A DNA stretch of 64,000 bases from Octopus sinensis (GCF_006345805.1 NC_043019.1:18475360-18539359), one strand, 5' to 3'; positions 24,330 through 38,607 are shown, numbered from the stretch's first letter. Translations and numbers: made by a program. Notes: generated by a model not told the origin, from the sequence alone.

Positions 24330-26625
24330 ATTGAAGAAATGGAGTTGAACGAAGATTGAACAGAAATCGTTTTATTGCATTCTACACGTGTTTCGAAAGG
24401 CACAATTTACCAAATTCCGATCGAATAAGGAGACCATATTGTGTCTTTCTCTTCAGGAAGAAATAGGAAATCCGTTGGAAAAAACAAAAACAGAACAGAG
24501 GCGGAGCAAAACAAATCGAACGAGGCTCCTAAGAGCCCATGGCCAAACTGTTTATCAATGTATGTTGAAAACTCGTGGTGGGTGCGTTGAAGGTTTTAAC
24601 GGGTCAGGCAGCGGTCATTCCAGTGGGTGGGAGCACAGGGTGCTTAGATGTTCTTTGTGACCGAGACTAAAGTTCTGACTATTTAAAGAATATTAGGTGT
24701 ATTATATGGGGCGAGACAAAATCTACTTAGAAACATGTGTGTGTGTACTGTTCTATGTGTTCGTATGTGCGTTTGATCACGTGGCCGTCAGTTGGTAAAC
24801 AGCCCTACACAATGGTCACTGCTATAAAATCCGTCGGGTGGCATAAAAAAATTTTTTATGTGTGCGTGTGTTCGTCTAAGCCTGCCTTGTCAAAGATACC
24901 CCCCGTCGTCAAGACAAACCACCATTCGTCTCCCAGGAGTAATTCCCCTTGCAATGGTTAATCGTATTTCTCATAAAAGTTATTCAGAATTTATTTCCAA
25001 GGGCTATTTTCATATAAGTAGTGTAACCGGGTGCAGGTATTATTTATAAGCGTTATTTATAAGCAAGATAAGTATAACGCCGCCAGTGGGGGCATCGAAA
25101 AGCCGACTGTAAAAGTCCGTTTACTATCCGGTCTCTGGCGAACAATATATGGAAGAGTTCGGAGACACAAAGGTTGCACTTCCTTCTGCCCCTGTCAAAT
25201 GGGAGGGCCACCGACAAAATTGACCATTCCAGGCTGTAGCTTGAATTCGTATTCTTCAATCGCCATATTAGCTTGCTGAGTCCCGTGGTCTGGAATTTAT
25301 TCACGTCTCGAAAAGTTGCGTAATGGTTGGAGATCCGTGAGGACAATCTTGACGATGAGGCCCCGACATAAGAGTAGACATCTGAGTCCGTGTAAACCTT
25401 ACATTGGTAGACGGCGTTTCTGATCTTGGAGTTCACCGACGTGAACCTTATTCTATTAGGATTAGTTTCTGAAATTAGAACTGCGTTACTGTTACTATAT
25501 TTGTTGCGAGAACTGCAGCCGCTTACTACTTTATTTTCCACTACGTCACTATTAACTAACGGAATAACCCCTGATTCTACACTATCACTCAGAGTGCTGT
25601 CATTGCTAGTGCCCGTGGTGCTGCTATTGCCGGAAACGATGCTGGAGTTGCTATTGGGACTCTCTACCGTAGCGAGCGGAGCTGCGCTCACCTCACTACT
25701 GCCATCGTTACCGTCAATGACATCACCCTTATTTATAACTATACCCCTAGTATATAATCCCTGGTTGGAGCTGAGATTATGAGTCACTGTACTGGCTCTC
25801 ATATCATTATTACTACTATTATTATTCCTACTGGGCGTTAAACCGGGAGCGGAAGAAGCTGTGCCTCCGGAGAAAGGTGGTAGGGTCTTAGTAAGCAGCC
25901 TATTATTATGGGAGGCGACTATCTGGGCGAGGTTTTTAGTGTTGGAGAAAGCTATCCTAACTTTATGCGAATTAACCGTGGAGTAATATTTGGAATTTCT
26001 GGGGAAGTTATTGGCGATGGCTTGTCGAAACATGAGGGGGGGGTTAGTTCTAATCTGCTTACCAAAGGGAATTACAAACCATATATGCTTGTTCCTATTT
26101 ATGTGATGGGTCGGGACGCAGCTCTCGCATTCGGGTGGGTGATTCTCGGATGAATAACGGGTTTCGGGTTAGTGTGAGATCCCCCGGACCGATAATTATC
26201 CTTGTTCGCTAAATTAAATGCGGGAGCGACTGCCCCAGCACCCGCCGCGCGCTCCCGTCACTACTTAAAATATTAATGACGGCCCTATCCTGATGACCGA
26301 ATGATGGCATCGGAAGGGCCGGATCAATATAAATTACCTTCTGCCTATAACCGGCCTTGGATAGTGCGGCGTTATAAAATTCCGCTTTCTGCATAAAAAT
26401 ATCGGCACTAGCGGACAAGCCAGACAATCTTAGAGAGATGTTTTTAACCAAATTGTCTGTTACGGTTTTGGCATGATTGGAGAAGACACTGATATACTTC
26501 AAATTAGTGGAAGGCTTATGGTAAGGGCAGTATGAGTCGCTATTAAGGTTAAGTGTAACGTCTAGGAAATTTGCCTTGGTGAGTTCATTATCAAAAACTA
26601 TATTCATGCCCATTCTATTAAAAAA
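24330..26625 (-). mobile_element. Penelope-like element family 2: 3' part (RT thumb, linker, GIY-YIG, 3'UTR with hammerhead)
   Basis: ORFs 26209..26613 (NFLDVTLNL...YHKPSTNLKYI...SNHA) and 25053..26033 (NAVYQC...YSYVGASS...CNLCVSE), separated by a small deletion/frameshift near 26245. Confidence 0.88.
24378..24462 (-). ncRNA. Type I hammerhead ribozyme (predicted) in a Penelope 3' end
   Basis: Minus strand TTC CTGAAGA GAAAGACACAAT...ATTGTGCCTTTC GAAA CACGTG TA GAA: long stem II, palindromic ACACGTGT stem III, GUA triplet, 3-bp stem I. Confidence 0.78.
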
Positions 26626-27990
26626 TTTGGAAATTAAGGAAATAATGTTGAAACACGGAATTCACACGTACACACAGAAATGAATACATTCACACAAACA
26701 CAAACACTGAAATGAAAATGCCAACACACACTTTCACACACACACAAATAAAAACAGTCCCACGCACACAAACACAAACACACAGAAATGAAAATACACA
26801 GCTACATATTCACACAAACACTGAAACGAAAACAGTTACATACCTACACATGCACAAACACACACAAATAGAAATGAAAAATACAGTTACACATCCAAAC
26901 ACTCACACCCAAATATACGCACCCACACACAGAAATAAAACGCAGTTACACACTCACACATAAAACCCTAACCCTAACTAGCACAAACATACAATTTATT
27001 CAGAATGTAAAGGGGCATTGGGTGCTTTCCACTCGCAGTTAGAATATCAGAGCCCTCCTCGCCAGTATGAGAATTTCTTTTATCCACTTGTGAAATTAAT
27101 ACATTGTCGACACATGGAAAAAATATGAGCAACATCTCAAGTCACTAAAGGTGCAATAAATTGAACTTATTTTCATTTAGTAGTTAGTGATCTCAAATGT
27201 GGGTATCTTAGCAATGGTCAAAGTGTTTGTTGTAGTTGTAAATGTCGCACACACACAAACAAATAGAAACACTCAGTCGCTCACAGAAATAAAAACTGTC
27301 TCACACACACAAACACTGAAATGAAAATACCCACATTCACATAAATAAAAACAGTCTCTCACACACAAGGAGCCCCAATAGGTCTATCAAAAAAGTTTCC
27401 AGTATCTTTCCTAGCCCATAATTTATGATAATTGAAGTTCTTACAATAAATAAATACCTACTAAATCAGTATATCGAACATTACGTCCCCGTAACTTATC
27501 GGTTCTGCAAAAGAGACCTATACATTAAGTAATAGGCATACAAAGAATAATTCATGGGGTTGATTTGCTTGACTAAAGGCGGTGCTCCACCATGGTCACA
27601 GTGAAACAACTGAAAGAGTCAAAGAGCGACAAAGTCTATGTTACGATAACTACATACTTAAGGGAGATAACTACAAAGTTTCTTCTACAGTAACTTCCCT
27701 TGAATATTATAATTTAACTAATAAAATAATATTTAAGGAAATTAACTTTCGGAAGGGAGATAACTAGATAACATCTTCCAGAGTTACTTTCCTTACATAT
27801 AATTACGTTACTTTTAGTAAATTATAATGTGCAGGGGAAATAACTCACGAATATATTATTCAGACGTGACACACTTTTACGATTTTTTGGAGTTTCACTG
27901 CTCTCTCTAGTGAGTCGGATGTCCCATTATGGCCATCCCTTATATGTTTAAATATCTATATGTATATACATATATCTGTCAATATATGCC

Positions 27991-28073
<83 letters not shown>

Positions 28074-28244
28074 CTATCTATATACCACAGGCTACTTTCT
28101 ATTTCCGTGTACCAAATCTACTCAGAAATGTTGGTCTGTCCGAGGCTATATTGGAAGACACTTGCCCATGGGGCCACGTAGTTGGACTGAACCAGAATCA
28201 CCGTGTTTGGAAAGCAAGCTACATACCACAGCCACTCTTACTGC

Positions 28245-28295
<51 letters not shown>

Positions 28296-28949
28296 GACAG
28301 TCTTCTTTTAGTTTCCGTCTCCCAAATCCACTCACAAGGCTTTGGTCGGCCCAAGACTATAGTAGAAGACATTTGCCCAACATGCCACCCAGTGGGATTG
28401 AACTCGGAAACATTTGTTAGGTAAGCAAGCTAATTCCCATTCAGACACTACTGTTTGTTAACCGGACAAGTTCAAGTTGAGACCTAATTGTTTGTATGCA
28501 AATGAGTTCATTAATGGGGTCCGGAACTTTCACGGCCGGTTCCCATAAGACAATGCAACCACCTTGGGTATAGGTGGACTGCTCACACACGCACAAACAC
28601 CTACACGTCCGCACTCACGAATATAGATACATGCAAAGACGCAATCTCGTACCTATTTATGTTTTAAATATGTTGACCTTAAAACTGAGACATTCTGGAA
28701 ACACACGTCCGCACCCATGCACATAGAGACATGCATGTATGCAAACTCGTAGCTATTTGTTTTAAATATGTTGACCTTTAAACCGTGACATTCTGTGTCT
28801 GTTTGTGCGCGCATTTTTGTGAGAATGATTGCTCACGAACCGTAAATTTTGGAGTCAATCCGACGGGATGTAATGGCCTTTAAACCGTTCCAGACAAACA
28901 AACAAACAAACTTTTCGCATTTCAGTTTTATAAGTAGATAAATAAATAA

Positions 28950-28980
<31 letters not shown>

Positions 28981-29148
28981 CTGCTAGGCGTAGGAGCGGC
29001 TTTGTGATATGTAGCTCGTTTACAAACCGCAGTGTTCTGGCTTCAGTCCCACTGCGTGGAACCTTGGACAAGTGTCTTCAACTATAGCCTCGGGGTGACC
29101 AAAGCCTTGTGAATAGATTTCGTAGACGGAAACTAAAAGAAGCCCATC

Positions 29149-29225
<77 letters not shown>

Positions 29226-29230
29226 CATAT

Positions 29231-30392
29231 TGTTATGGATTTTGGCTAAGTGGAGTTCTTGGTGACCCACTTTGAGTGTGGCGCCGGCATGTCTGGAAGG
29301 AAATAGACAGTCCTTTGAGACAGTCCTGGGAGACTGATGGCTTTTGGATGGACCTTTCTGGCCTTGTGCGGTCGATTAGAGGTCGTTCTAAACACCCCTT
29401 GAAGAAGAGAGAAGAAAAGTAGTAAGAGAGATAGAGTATAAGGCTAAGGGACAGATGTGAGGAAGAATTAGCAGTGAGAGAGGATGAGGGGGCAGAGAAG
29501 GACAGGCAGAGAGTATGGTAGAGCTGTCATGAGAGGGTGATAGGCAGCAGGCGATAGAGATAGGCAGTAAGGGCAGAGGGCAAATAGAGAGGGTATAAGC
29601 GGTAGTGGGGAAGAGAGAGACGAAGTGAGGTTTTGGCAGTTGGAGTCGGTCGTTGAAGAATGACAGTCGGATCTTGGAAGTCAGGACAAGGAGGAGGTGG
29701 AATCTTGGGAGCAAGCGTTGGGATGCAGGAGTTTGGCAAGCTGGAGTACCAGTATTGAGGGAGAGGTGGAGTGCAAGATGGGACACTGGCGATTCAGTTA
29801 GGAATTAAGGTATGTGATTATGTATTGATACGTGTCACGATGTAAAGAGACAGTGAAAAGAAAAGAAGAGAAAGAAGAGAGAAAAAGAAGGACTCTGATG
29901 TAGACGATAATGAACTTTGAATTGTAACGTGAATTGTTGTGATGCGAACATTGTATAATGTATCGAAGTGTTCTGAATGGACTGTGACGTATCGTGAACA
30001 TTATGTGATCTGAACTTGTTTGTCTATGAACGCTGTTATATTGTTACATGCATGTTTAAATGCTTTGATCTGTTGCTGATATATATGACTTGTTGTGTCG
30101 TTACCGGACTGTTGTATTGAGTAGTCACGTGCATGTCCTCCTTTAAATGTTTGCCTTAAATGCTTTGATGTTGTAACCATTGATTGTCGTATAAACTAGT
30201 TGTTGAATATAAGCCAGTGTTGCCGTTTTGCCTTGCCTCTGTGCCTCTGTATCTTTCTGTGCTGCTGCGGTTGTTGTTGTTGTGTCTCTCCTCTCCTCTC
30301 CGACGAGTTTCCGTGGCGAGAACATTCGCTGATCGAGTCGGGCCTGTCTGAGGGATTCCGTACAGTTTTCGGAGGTCCCACCCGTCGTAACA
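29231..30392. mobile_element. Solo-LTR-like element in a TA microsatellite
   Basis: Termini TGTTA...TAACA, flanked on both sides by ATAT (4-bp TSD as in Gypsy, though low complexity); no coding capacity. Confidence 0.6.
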
Positions 30393-30689
30393 ATATATAT
30401 ATACATACATATACGTTTGTATGCCTCTTTATCCATCAAACATTGCTTGACAAACGATGCTGCTGTTTTCACGCACCTGTAACTGAACGGTTCAGCAAAA
30501 GAGAATAGGTCCTGGGCTCTATTTGTTTGACTGAAGGCGGTGCTCCAACATGGCCACAGTCAAATAACTGAAAGTAGCAAAATTGAGTGAAAGAGTAATT
30601 AGCGAAAACAGTGTATATTCTGTTGTGTCTGGGGAGAGTCTTTCTCTTTTAGTGCCTTACTATTAAATACACACTCACCAGTAAAAATT

Positions 30690-31120
30690 CAAGGAGTGAT
30701 ATTTGTAGTGGCCACAGCCCATGGAGAACTAGCCAGTAGATTTAGAAAAGCTCTGAAAGAGACCAAGCTCAACATTAAAATTGTTGAAAAGCCAAGGAAC
30801 TCCATCAGGTCACAATTATGAAGGACATGCCCGTTTAAGAATACCATATGCACAATTGATAACTGCATGGCATGTAGAATTAGCCCTGGTATTAACTGTA
30901 GAACTCGAAATGTAGTTTACAATATAAGATGCATAGAAGGTGCTTGTAAAGACATGAACATGATGTACATAGAGGAGACGTCCAAGAGCATTGCGGAACG
31001 GATAAATGAACATCTAAGACAACTTGACGACAGAAAACAGTCTTCTATACTCTACCAACATGCCAAAGACCACCATGGAGATAACTTGGGTTAACTTGAC
31101 ATCCGCATCTTATCTAAGCA
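30690..31120 (+). mobile_element. Penelope-like GIY-YIG fragment (different family)
   Basis: CRTRNVVYNIRC...MYIEETSKSIAERINEHLR (ORF 30867..31094). Confidence 0.7.
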
Positions 31121-31928
31121 CCCAGCCCTCATCCCTGCTTTTCAATGCTAAACCCGATATAAAACAGTCATCAACACTATAAATAAACCTGTTCAATCTC
31201 TACTCTCCTCATCACCCCAAATCCCAACCCCTAGTTCAAACTTTGATCTCTTACTTGACTATTCTCTCTAAAAACCCTTCACAAATCCTCAAGCTAACCC
31301 TAATATAGACTAAACTCTGAAAACCAATCCTAACAGCAAACCCACACCAAAATAAGAAAAACCACTTACCTTTGGCCATTTGGGATCTATAATACAAGGC
31401 ATGATATGCAAAAACAAGCAAAATATCAACCAACATTTGAAAGTCAAGTTTTATCTGTGTGTCGAATCATGAAATACACTTGTTTAATAAATACAGTTGT
31501 CCTTACATTTACACAGTACATTGCTTCCATAAGTCATCAAACTAATCATTCTCATGCAAAATCAATTGTTTTTATTTATAAATAGAAACAAATTAATTAT
31601 TGAAATTAATATAAGAAATACAATTAACGTGTATGTGTGTCATCATCATTTAACATTCGTTTTTCATGTTGTCATGGGTTGGACTATTTCACACTATCTG
31701 AGATGAATTACTACACGTACATCTAATGTCTGTTTTCACATGGTTTCTATGTCTGAGAAAAGTTTTGGTAACACTGACACTAGTAAAATTAAAAAGTAAA
31801 TTTCAAGGATGAGTGGACTGCTAGTAGTGAGAGAGGTGGCTTCATCCTAACCTGTAGTATGATAGAGAGACAGGCAGAGGTGTGTCGCTGTAGAGAAAGT
31901 ACATGGCTACCCTGCATATATGTATGTA

Positions 31929-33722
31929 TATAGGTAGACATCGATTAGATGTCTACCTATACGCCGCCACCCAACCCAAGACTGAAGAAGTTTGAGGACG
32001 ACTTGTGGGACATAGTTAGAAAGATTAAGTTCAGGAAGTCACCCAGGAGAAATACCCACCTCAGATACCTAGATAAAATTACCAAGGACATTAATAGAAC
32101 GGACGGAGTCCTGGTCCAGTCCGACAAGACCAGGAACACATACAAGCTACCCATTAAGCAGTACCTAGATTTACTCGGTAAAGAGATCAAGAAAAATTAT
32201 AGAACAACCAATTGGAGCACCCTGAGGAAGGTAAACTTGGAAATTAAGGAAATAATGTTGAAACACGGAATTCAAATGAGAACGCAGCCGCTTAGCCCTA
32301 AGCAACCTAGATTCATAGTGAAGGACCATAAACCGAACTTCCACACCAACCCAGCGCTAAGACTCATATGCCCTGTTAGCTCTGATATCGGGATAATCAG
32401 TAAGTACATTTTAGATAAATATATCCCTAGTTTAGTAAACAAACTGAAGCTCAGCCTCTGGGCCAACTCCTCGCAGGTAGTGAAGTGGTTCTCTTCCATC
32501 CCCAATAAGAACTGTACCAGGTTCATCCAGTTTGATATCGCCAGCTTCTACCCCTCGATTAACCCTAGTGTACTAAATAAGGCCCTTTGGCATGCTCACA
32601 ACAAGGCTGGCCTCACCAGAGAAGAAATAGATATCATTTTAGTTGCCAGGAAATCGTTTATTAAGTTTGATAATAAGTTGTGGATCCGTAAAGATACTCC
32701 CAATGAATTTGATGTGCCTATGGGTAGTTCGGATAGTGCGCAGATAGCCGATTTGGTCGGAATATATATTCTCTACGAATTGTCCGACCAATTCCCGGAG
32801 ATCGCGGGCGGCCTGTATCGTGACGATTCTCTGTTTTACCTGCAAAAACACCACGAACAGAATAGTGCAGAAAACTAAGAGCAGGTTAGCTAGGTTTTTT
32901 AATAAAATGGGCATGAATATAGTTTTTGATAATGAACTCACCAAGGCAAATTTCCTAGACGTTACACTTAACCTTAATAGCGACTCATACTGCCCTTACC
33001 ATAAGCCTTCCACTAATTTGAAGTATATCAGTGTCTTCTCCAATCATGCCAAAACCGTAACAGACAATTTGGTTAAAAACATCTCTCTAAGATTGTCTGG
33101 CTTGTCCGCTAGTGCCGATATTTTTATGCAGAAAGCGGAATTTTATAACGCCGCACTATCCAAGGCCGGTTATAGGCAGAAGGTAATTTATATTGATCCG
33201 GCCCTTCCGATGCCATCATTCGGTCATCAGGATAGGGCCGTCATTAATATTTTAAGTAGTGACGGGAGCGCGGCGGGTGCTGGGGCAGTCGCTCCCGCAT
33301 TTAATTTAGCGAACAAGGATAATTATCGGTCCGGGGGATCTCACACTAACCCGAAACCCGTTATTCATCCGAGAATCACCCACCCGAATGCGAGAGCTGC
33401 CGTCCCGACCCATCACATAAATAGGAACAAGCATATATGGTTTGTAATCCCCTTTGGTAAGCAGATTAGAACTAACCCCCCCCTCATGTTTCGACAGGCC
33501 ATCGCCAATAACTTCCCCAGAAATTCCAAATATTACTCCACGGTTAATTCGCATAAAGTTAGGATAGCTTTCTCCAACACTAAAAACCTCGCCCAGATAG
33601 TCGCCTCCCATAATAATAGGCTGCTTACTAAGACCCTACCACCTTTCTCCGGAGGCACAGCTTCTTCCGCTCCCGGTTTAACGCCCAGTAGGAATAATAA
33701 TAGTAGTAATAATGATATGCAT
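31929..33722 (+). mobile_element. Penelope-like element family 2: RT part, frameshifted, lacking GIY-YIG
   Basis: ORF 31949..32878 (SDKTRNTYKL, KDHKPN, LRLICP, QFDIASFYPSI, PMGSSDS, GGLYRDD), a +1 shift in the T-run at ~32834, then ORF 32820..33725. 32893-33720 is nearly identical to the reverse complement of 25800-26625. Confidence 0.9.
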
Positions 33723-34127
33723 TAAAATGGAATAAAAAATGATGTTAAATTATTTTTAAAATCGTAGACTCATCGTAGACGCGCGCTAATACACAGACGG
33801 GCTCGATATGAATCACGACTATAAGCTACCCGAATTTGGGTAAACTGCACCGCAAAATGTGGGAGTAGTTAGGAATCTAAATCGAAGGGGACAGACACTC
33901 ACACAACTACAGTTTTATATATATAGATATATATATATACATAAGCTTTCTGTAGTTTTTTCACTTTTACTATTTTCTATATATATACATATATATATAT
34001 ACATATATATATACACATATATATATATACATACATATATATATACACACATATATATACATATATATATACACATATATATATACACACATATATACAT
34101 ATATATATATATACATATATATATATA

Positions 34128-37100
34128 CTAGCTGAAGGTGACCCGCTCTACGCGCGGGTAAGAGTGTGGTATATATATATAAATGTATACAAATTATATA
34201 TGTAAATACAGATATATGCACTTTGTATATATAAAGATTATTATATATACATATTTATATATAGATACACAAACACATATATAAATTAACCCAATAAATA
34301 TCTGATTCATAATATTTGTTGTCATGATTGAGTGGTGGTTGTGGCGATGATAATTCTCTCTATGAATGCAGACAGACGTGGAGAGTGAGAGTGTGTGAAA
34401 GCGCTGTGGAAGGCAGGGAGGGGGATAACGGACGCTGTGAAACGACGTTATAAAGAGAAAGTGAATGTAAGGGAGGTAGACGCTGTGAAATGATGTTATA
34501 GATAGAAAGTGAAAGGAAGGGAGAAAAGTGAGTGAGTGATGGAGGAAGACAGATACATAAAAGAATGTGAGTGTTGGGTGTTTTGTTTGTTGGACCAATG
34601 TATTAAGGTAGTATTGTTTTATTGTTTTAAAACGAAAGAGGCAATGTGTTTGTTTCAAAAATTAAAAATCTGTTATAGTGAATGAAATTAGAATTCACAC
34701 CCAGCTCAGTTTTGTAGAAAGAGTATCACGATGTGAACTCATGAGTTGGGAGTTTGACTGAGAGAGTTTATATGGTGACACATGCCAGTCCTTTCGACAC
34801 CACCTAAACAATGGAATAGTGTATAAAATGTAATTAACAACTCATTCACTTTATGAATGTCTTATGTTAGCGAAGAAACAATAACTTGACAAAACCGTTT
34901 AATGGAGACGTAGAAGGAATCGGAAAATGAGGAATAAAGAGAATGAGTTGGATCAAATGTTTGCAAACATCTGAACCCAATGTTCTTTATGAACCATGTT
35001 CTTTTTAATGTCTTTATTTTCAAGAATGAAGAGATAATGAAAAGGTGCAAAATAAAAAATCAAGCAAAATTTCATGACTTACAATCAGTTTTCTTTTGTC
35101 AGAGCCTCCTGATAAACCACGTTCCTTGTGCACTCATGATTGCCAAGAATGAAGAGTTTATGTGGATTTCCAACTCGAGAACAGGCTACGTACAATTGAC
35201 CATGACTGAAAACCGGTTGTGACAGGTTAATGCCTACAATGTCCAGTGATTGTCCCTGTGACTTGTTGATTGTCATCGCGAAGCATAGTTTTATTGGAAA
35301 TTGAAAGCGTTTAAACTGAATGGGAACATCAGAGGGTGAAATACTCATTTTATGTATCATTTTGATTGTTCCTACAAATGGTCCACTCAAAATTTCAGCA
35401 GTTATAACATGGCTTTGAATCCTCCTAATAACCATTCGGGTTCCATTGCATATTTCAGGCGTTTCCATATTTCTGAGCACCATGATTGGAGCACCAACTT
35501 TCAAACACAAATGATGAGGTGGAAGTCCCGGAGGTGTTAGCTTGTTGAGTAGCTCGGGTGGATATTTGACTGCATCATTCTCATATTTATTTGTATCGAT
35601 GGACATGAAAGAAACTATCTCACCAGGATTCATATCAAGTACTTGTTTATTTGTAGCATGAGCTGTTGTATTATGAGGCGATAGAATAACTCTTGCTCTT
35701 AGTCAATCGAGATCCTGAAAGTTGGTTTCGACGTCAGGTAAAACGGCTCTTATAAGTTCTTCTACATTTGGAACGAAATTCCCAAAAGGCAACCGAATAT
35801 GCTCATCATCAACGAAAGGCAAAACTCCATCACCAAGATCTAATAGGTGTTTTGCGAAAGCCTCAGACTCCACATCACCATGTAGGTGGACTCTCATGTT
35901 TGTTTGAAGATGGCGACTGATAACACTGTGCCACACAAAAGAATGCTTTATACATGCATTAACCTCATCAGCTCTAGTGCCTGCTCGGACAACAGGAAGA
36001 GTTTGTCGAAAATCTCCTGCCATGAGAAACGTAGCTCCACCCATTATTTTTGTATTTTGACGCAAATCTTGGAGAGTTCTGTCAAGAGCCTCAAACATGG
36101 CCTTATTACTCATCGTAGCCTCATCCCAAATAAAAAGACTGCATTCACGAAGAAGTCTTGCTCTTGAGGAACTACGATCTATATTACATTTAGGATTATC
36201 TTTCTTTCCAATGTCCATGGGCAATTTGAATGCACTATGTGCCGTACGGCCGCCTTGAAGCAGTGTCGCTGCAATACACTTGAGGCACATGCAATGGCAA
36301 ATCGACGTTCAGCGCGCAGCTTTGCGAGAATCAAATTGATAACGAAAGTTTTACCAGTACCACCTGGAGCATTCAAAAAGAAAAGCTTTCCTTGGTTCAA
36401 TCTAACGCTGTCAATAATTTCATTATAAATCTCTCTTTGTTCAGGCAAAAGTCTTGGTTCATCTCGCGTAATTGTTTCCGTCAATTCGGCAATGTTGTAG
36501 TTGTTTTCTGACATGTATTCAACATCCAAAGGCGCTTCATGATGGACAGGTGTTGGCAGATGGAATTCACTTAAACCGCGTATAACATAGCATCTGATGT
36601 GTCTGTCCATGTCGATTAATGCCTCATTATAAACATCGTCGTTGCCATCACGTTGCGCTAAATTAGCCTGTATGTCCTTTGATAGGCTCTGTCTGAACGA
36701 TTCCCAAAGGTTAAGAGGGTTGCTGGGATTACAGTGGATTAATATGCTACAAAACAATCGACGCATTTGCCATGGCAGTTTACAATTTGAGACCTCTGCT
36801 AATGTCCTGTGTAAGTGGTCGTCATTGAGAAGAAGTCCGCGCCTCAAACATGCTTTCCTGTAAGTGGTGCAGATGATGCCATCAACCGTGCGAAGATCAG
36901 CAAAAGACTTCGGTCCAGTAACTACATGAAGTAGCATTCTCAAAAAGATTTCCTGTTTGGTAGGATGGATATTATACACACGCCCAATGACGTTCTTCCT
37001 AGAAACACCGGGCCAATTGTCAAGTTCTGTTCCATGTGACCTGCGCTTCCAATTATTGTTGTTGTATGTGTAATATTCCGGTACTTCAGGGTAAATGAGA

Positions 37101-37777
37101 GTAGCAGCAAACTCATCAACTGAACACAATTTAAAAAATGCTGTAAGCGTAGTCCCTTTTGGATTTTCAATGACTTGACGTGCATTTTTCTCTGTGAAGT
37201 AAACCAGCTGTCTCTTCTGTAAATGAACATTCAGGTGGAAAACTGATGGTGAGCTTAGATGAATCTCGTATCCAAAAATGCGCCACGCTGCTTAATTGGA
37301 GGATACATACCTACCCCAAACGAATTGTTTAATTTCGTCATGTCTAAGGTCTTCATCACTGAACACAAACACGGCCATATCATCGCCCTTATTAATGTAC
37401 TTGCAGAGGTATTGTATGCAACTCACCGAACTGCAGTACTCAACATTAATGTGTGCATTAAATGTTTTGGAAAGCAAAGGGTTGAATTGAACGATCCAGA
37501 CATTATCAACATCGAATGTTTTTAGCCATTGTCTAATTGTAGCTGTGCGGCCACCCAAACCTGGGTCACATATATGAAAGAGAGGACGGGAAAATGAAAT
37601 ATTTTGCAATGTAAACATGATTTGTTTTAAGAGAAAGATTGTCATGATTGTGTGTTGGTGGTGGCGATGATAATTATCATTAGGAAAAACATAAGTTGTG
37701 GTGATGATAATTCTAGACCCCTTTTCACATTTTGATGAAGAGAACCCGATTTCATTCGGGTCTACTGGGGCCACATA

Positions 37778-37818
<41 letters not shown>

Positions 37819-37910
37819 ACACTGTAGAAATTAAATTAGAGATCAAACCACTAACAGGGAAATGAAACAGTAAAAAAACAAAAACATAAAAATATAATAT
37901 TAGATATATG

Positions 37911-37947
<37 letters not shown>

Positions 37948-38367
37948 TGACAGGTAGACAATAGAATGCGATGGCGATGGGGATGGCGATGTAATATTTG
38001 TTACTGTCTATGAACGCTGATAGATACATGAGTAAAATGTATAGGAAGGTAAGAAATAAGAGTGAGTGAAGATGTTCTTGGAAGAGAGTAAATAGTGACA
38101 GAGTGATTTGAGGAAGACTTTATATTAAATAACGGTAGTTGCATTGTCAAATGAAGAGGAGTGACAGAGTACTGGAGGAAATAGGGTGAGGTAGGAAGAT
38201 GGCCCCTAGCAACCATACCTTTTAAGATAGGGATTTCTAAGGTAGTCCACGCGCATCGTCACCTCATTCTACATGTCCCTGTAAATTTTGGAGCGAATCG
38301 GACGGGATGTAGTGGCATTGAAAGCGAACCAAGCGGTAAAAACGCATTTCAGTTTTATATATAGAGA
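34128..38367 (-). mobile_element. Internally deleted Helitron with both termini (4240 bp)
   Basis: 5' end A|TC-TCTATATATAAAACTG at 38367; 3' hairpin ACCCGC-GCGTAGA-GCGGGT (34141-34159), then CTAG|T at 34131-34128; RepHel remnants inside. Confidence 0.85.
35085..37560 (-). pseudogene. Helitron RepHel remnant (Rep C-terminus + PIF1-like SF1 helicase), several frameshifts
   Basis: NAHINVEYCSS...YLCKYINKG, LNAPGGTGKTF, FIWDEATM, AGDFRQTLPVV, FAMTINKSQGQSL, VFSHGQLYVACSRV. Confidence 0.9.
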
Positions 38368-38505
38368 TATATATATAAATATGCATATATGTGTATATGT
38401 ATATATATATATGTATATATATATGTATATATATATATGTATATATATATATGTATATATATATATGTATGTATATATATATGTATATATATATGTATAT
38501 ATATG

Positions 38506-38538
<33 letters not shown>

Positions 38539-38575
38539 GTATATATATATATGTATATATATGTATATATATATG

Positions 38576-38607
<32 letters not shown>

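Noticed and set aside
26285-26320. CTGATGA-hairpin-GAAG on the plus strand
   Set aside because: Antisense of Penelope coding sequence; the core is incomplete.
26960-26980. CCCTAA repeats as a telomere or fusion site
   Set aside because: Only 2-3 units embedded in repeats; no subtelomeric structure.
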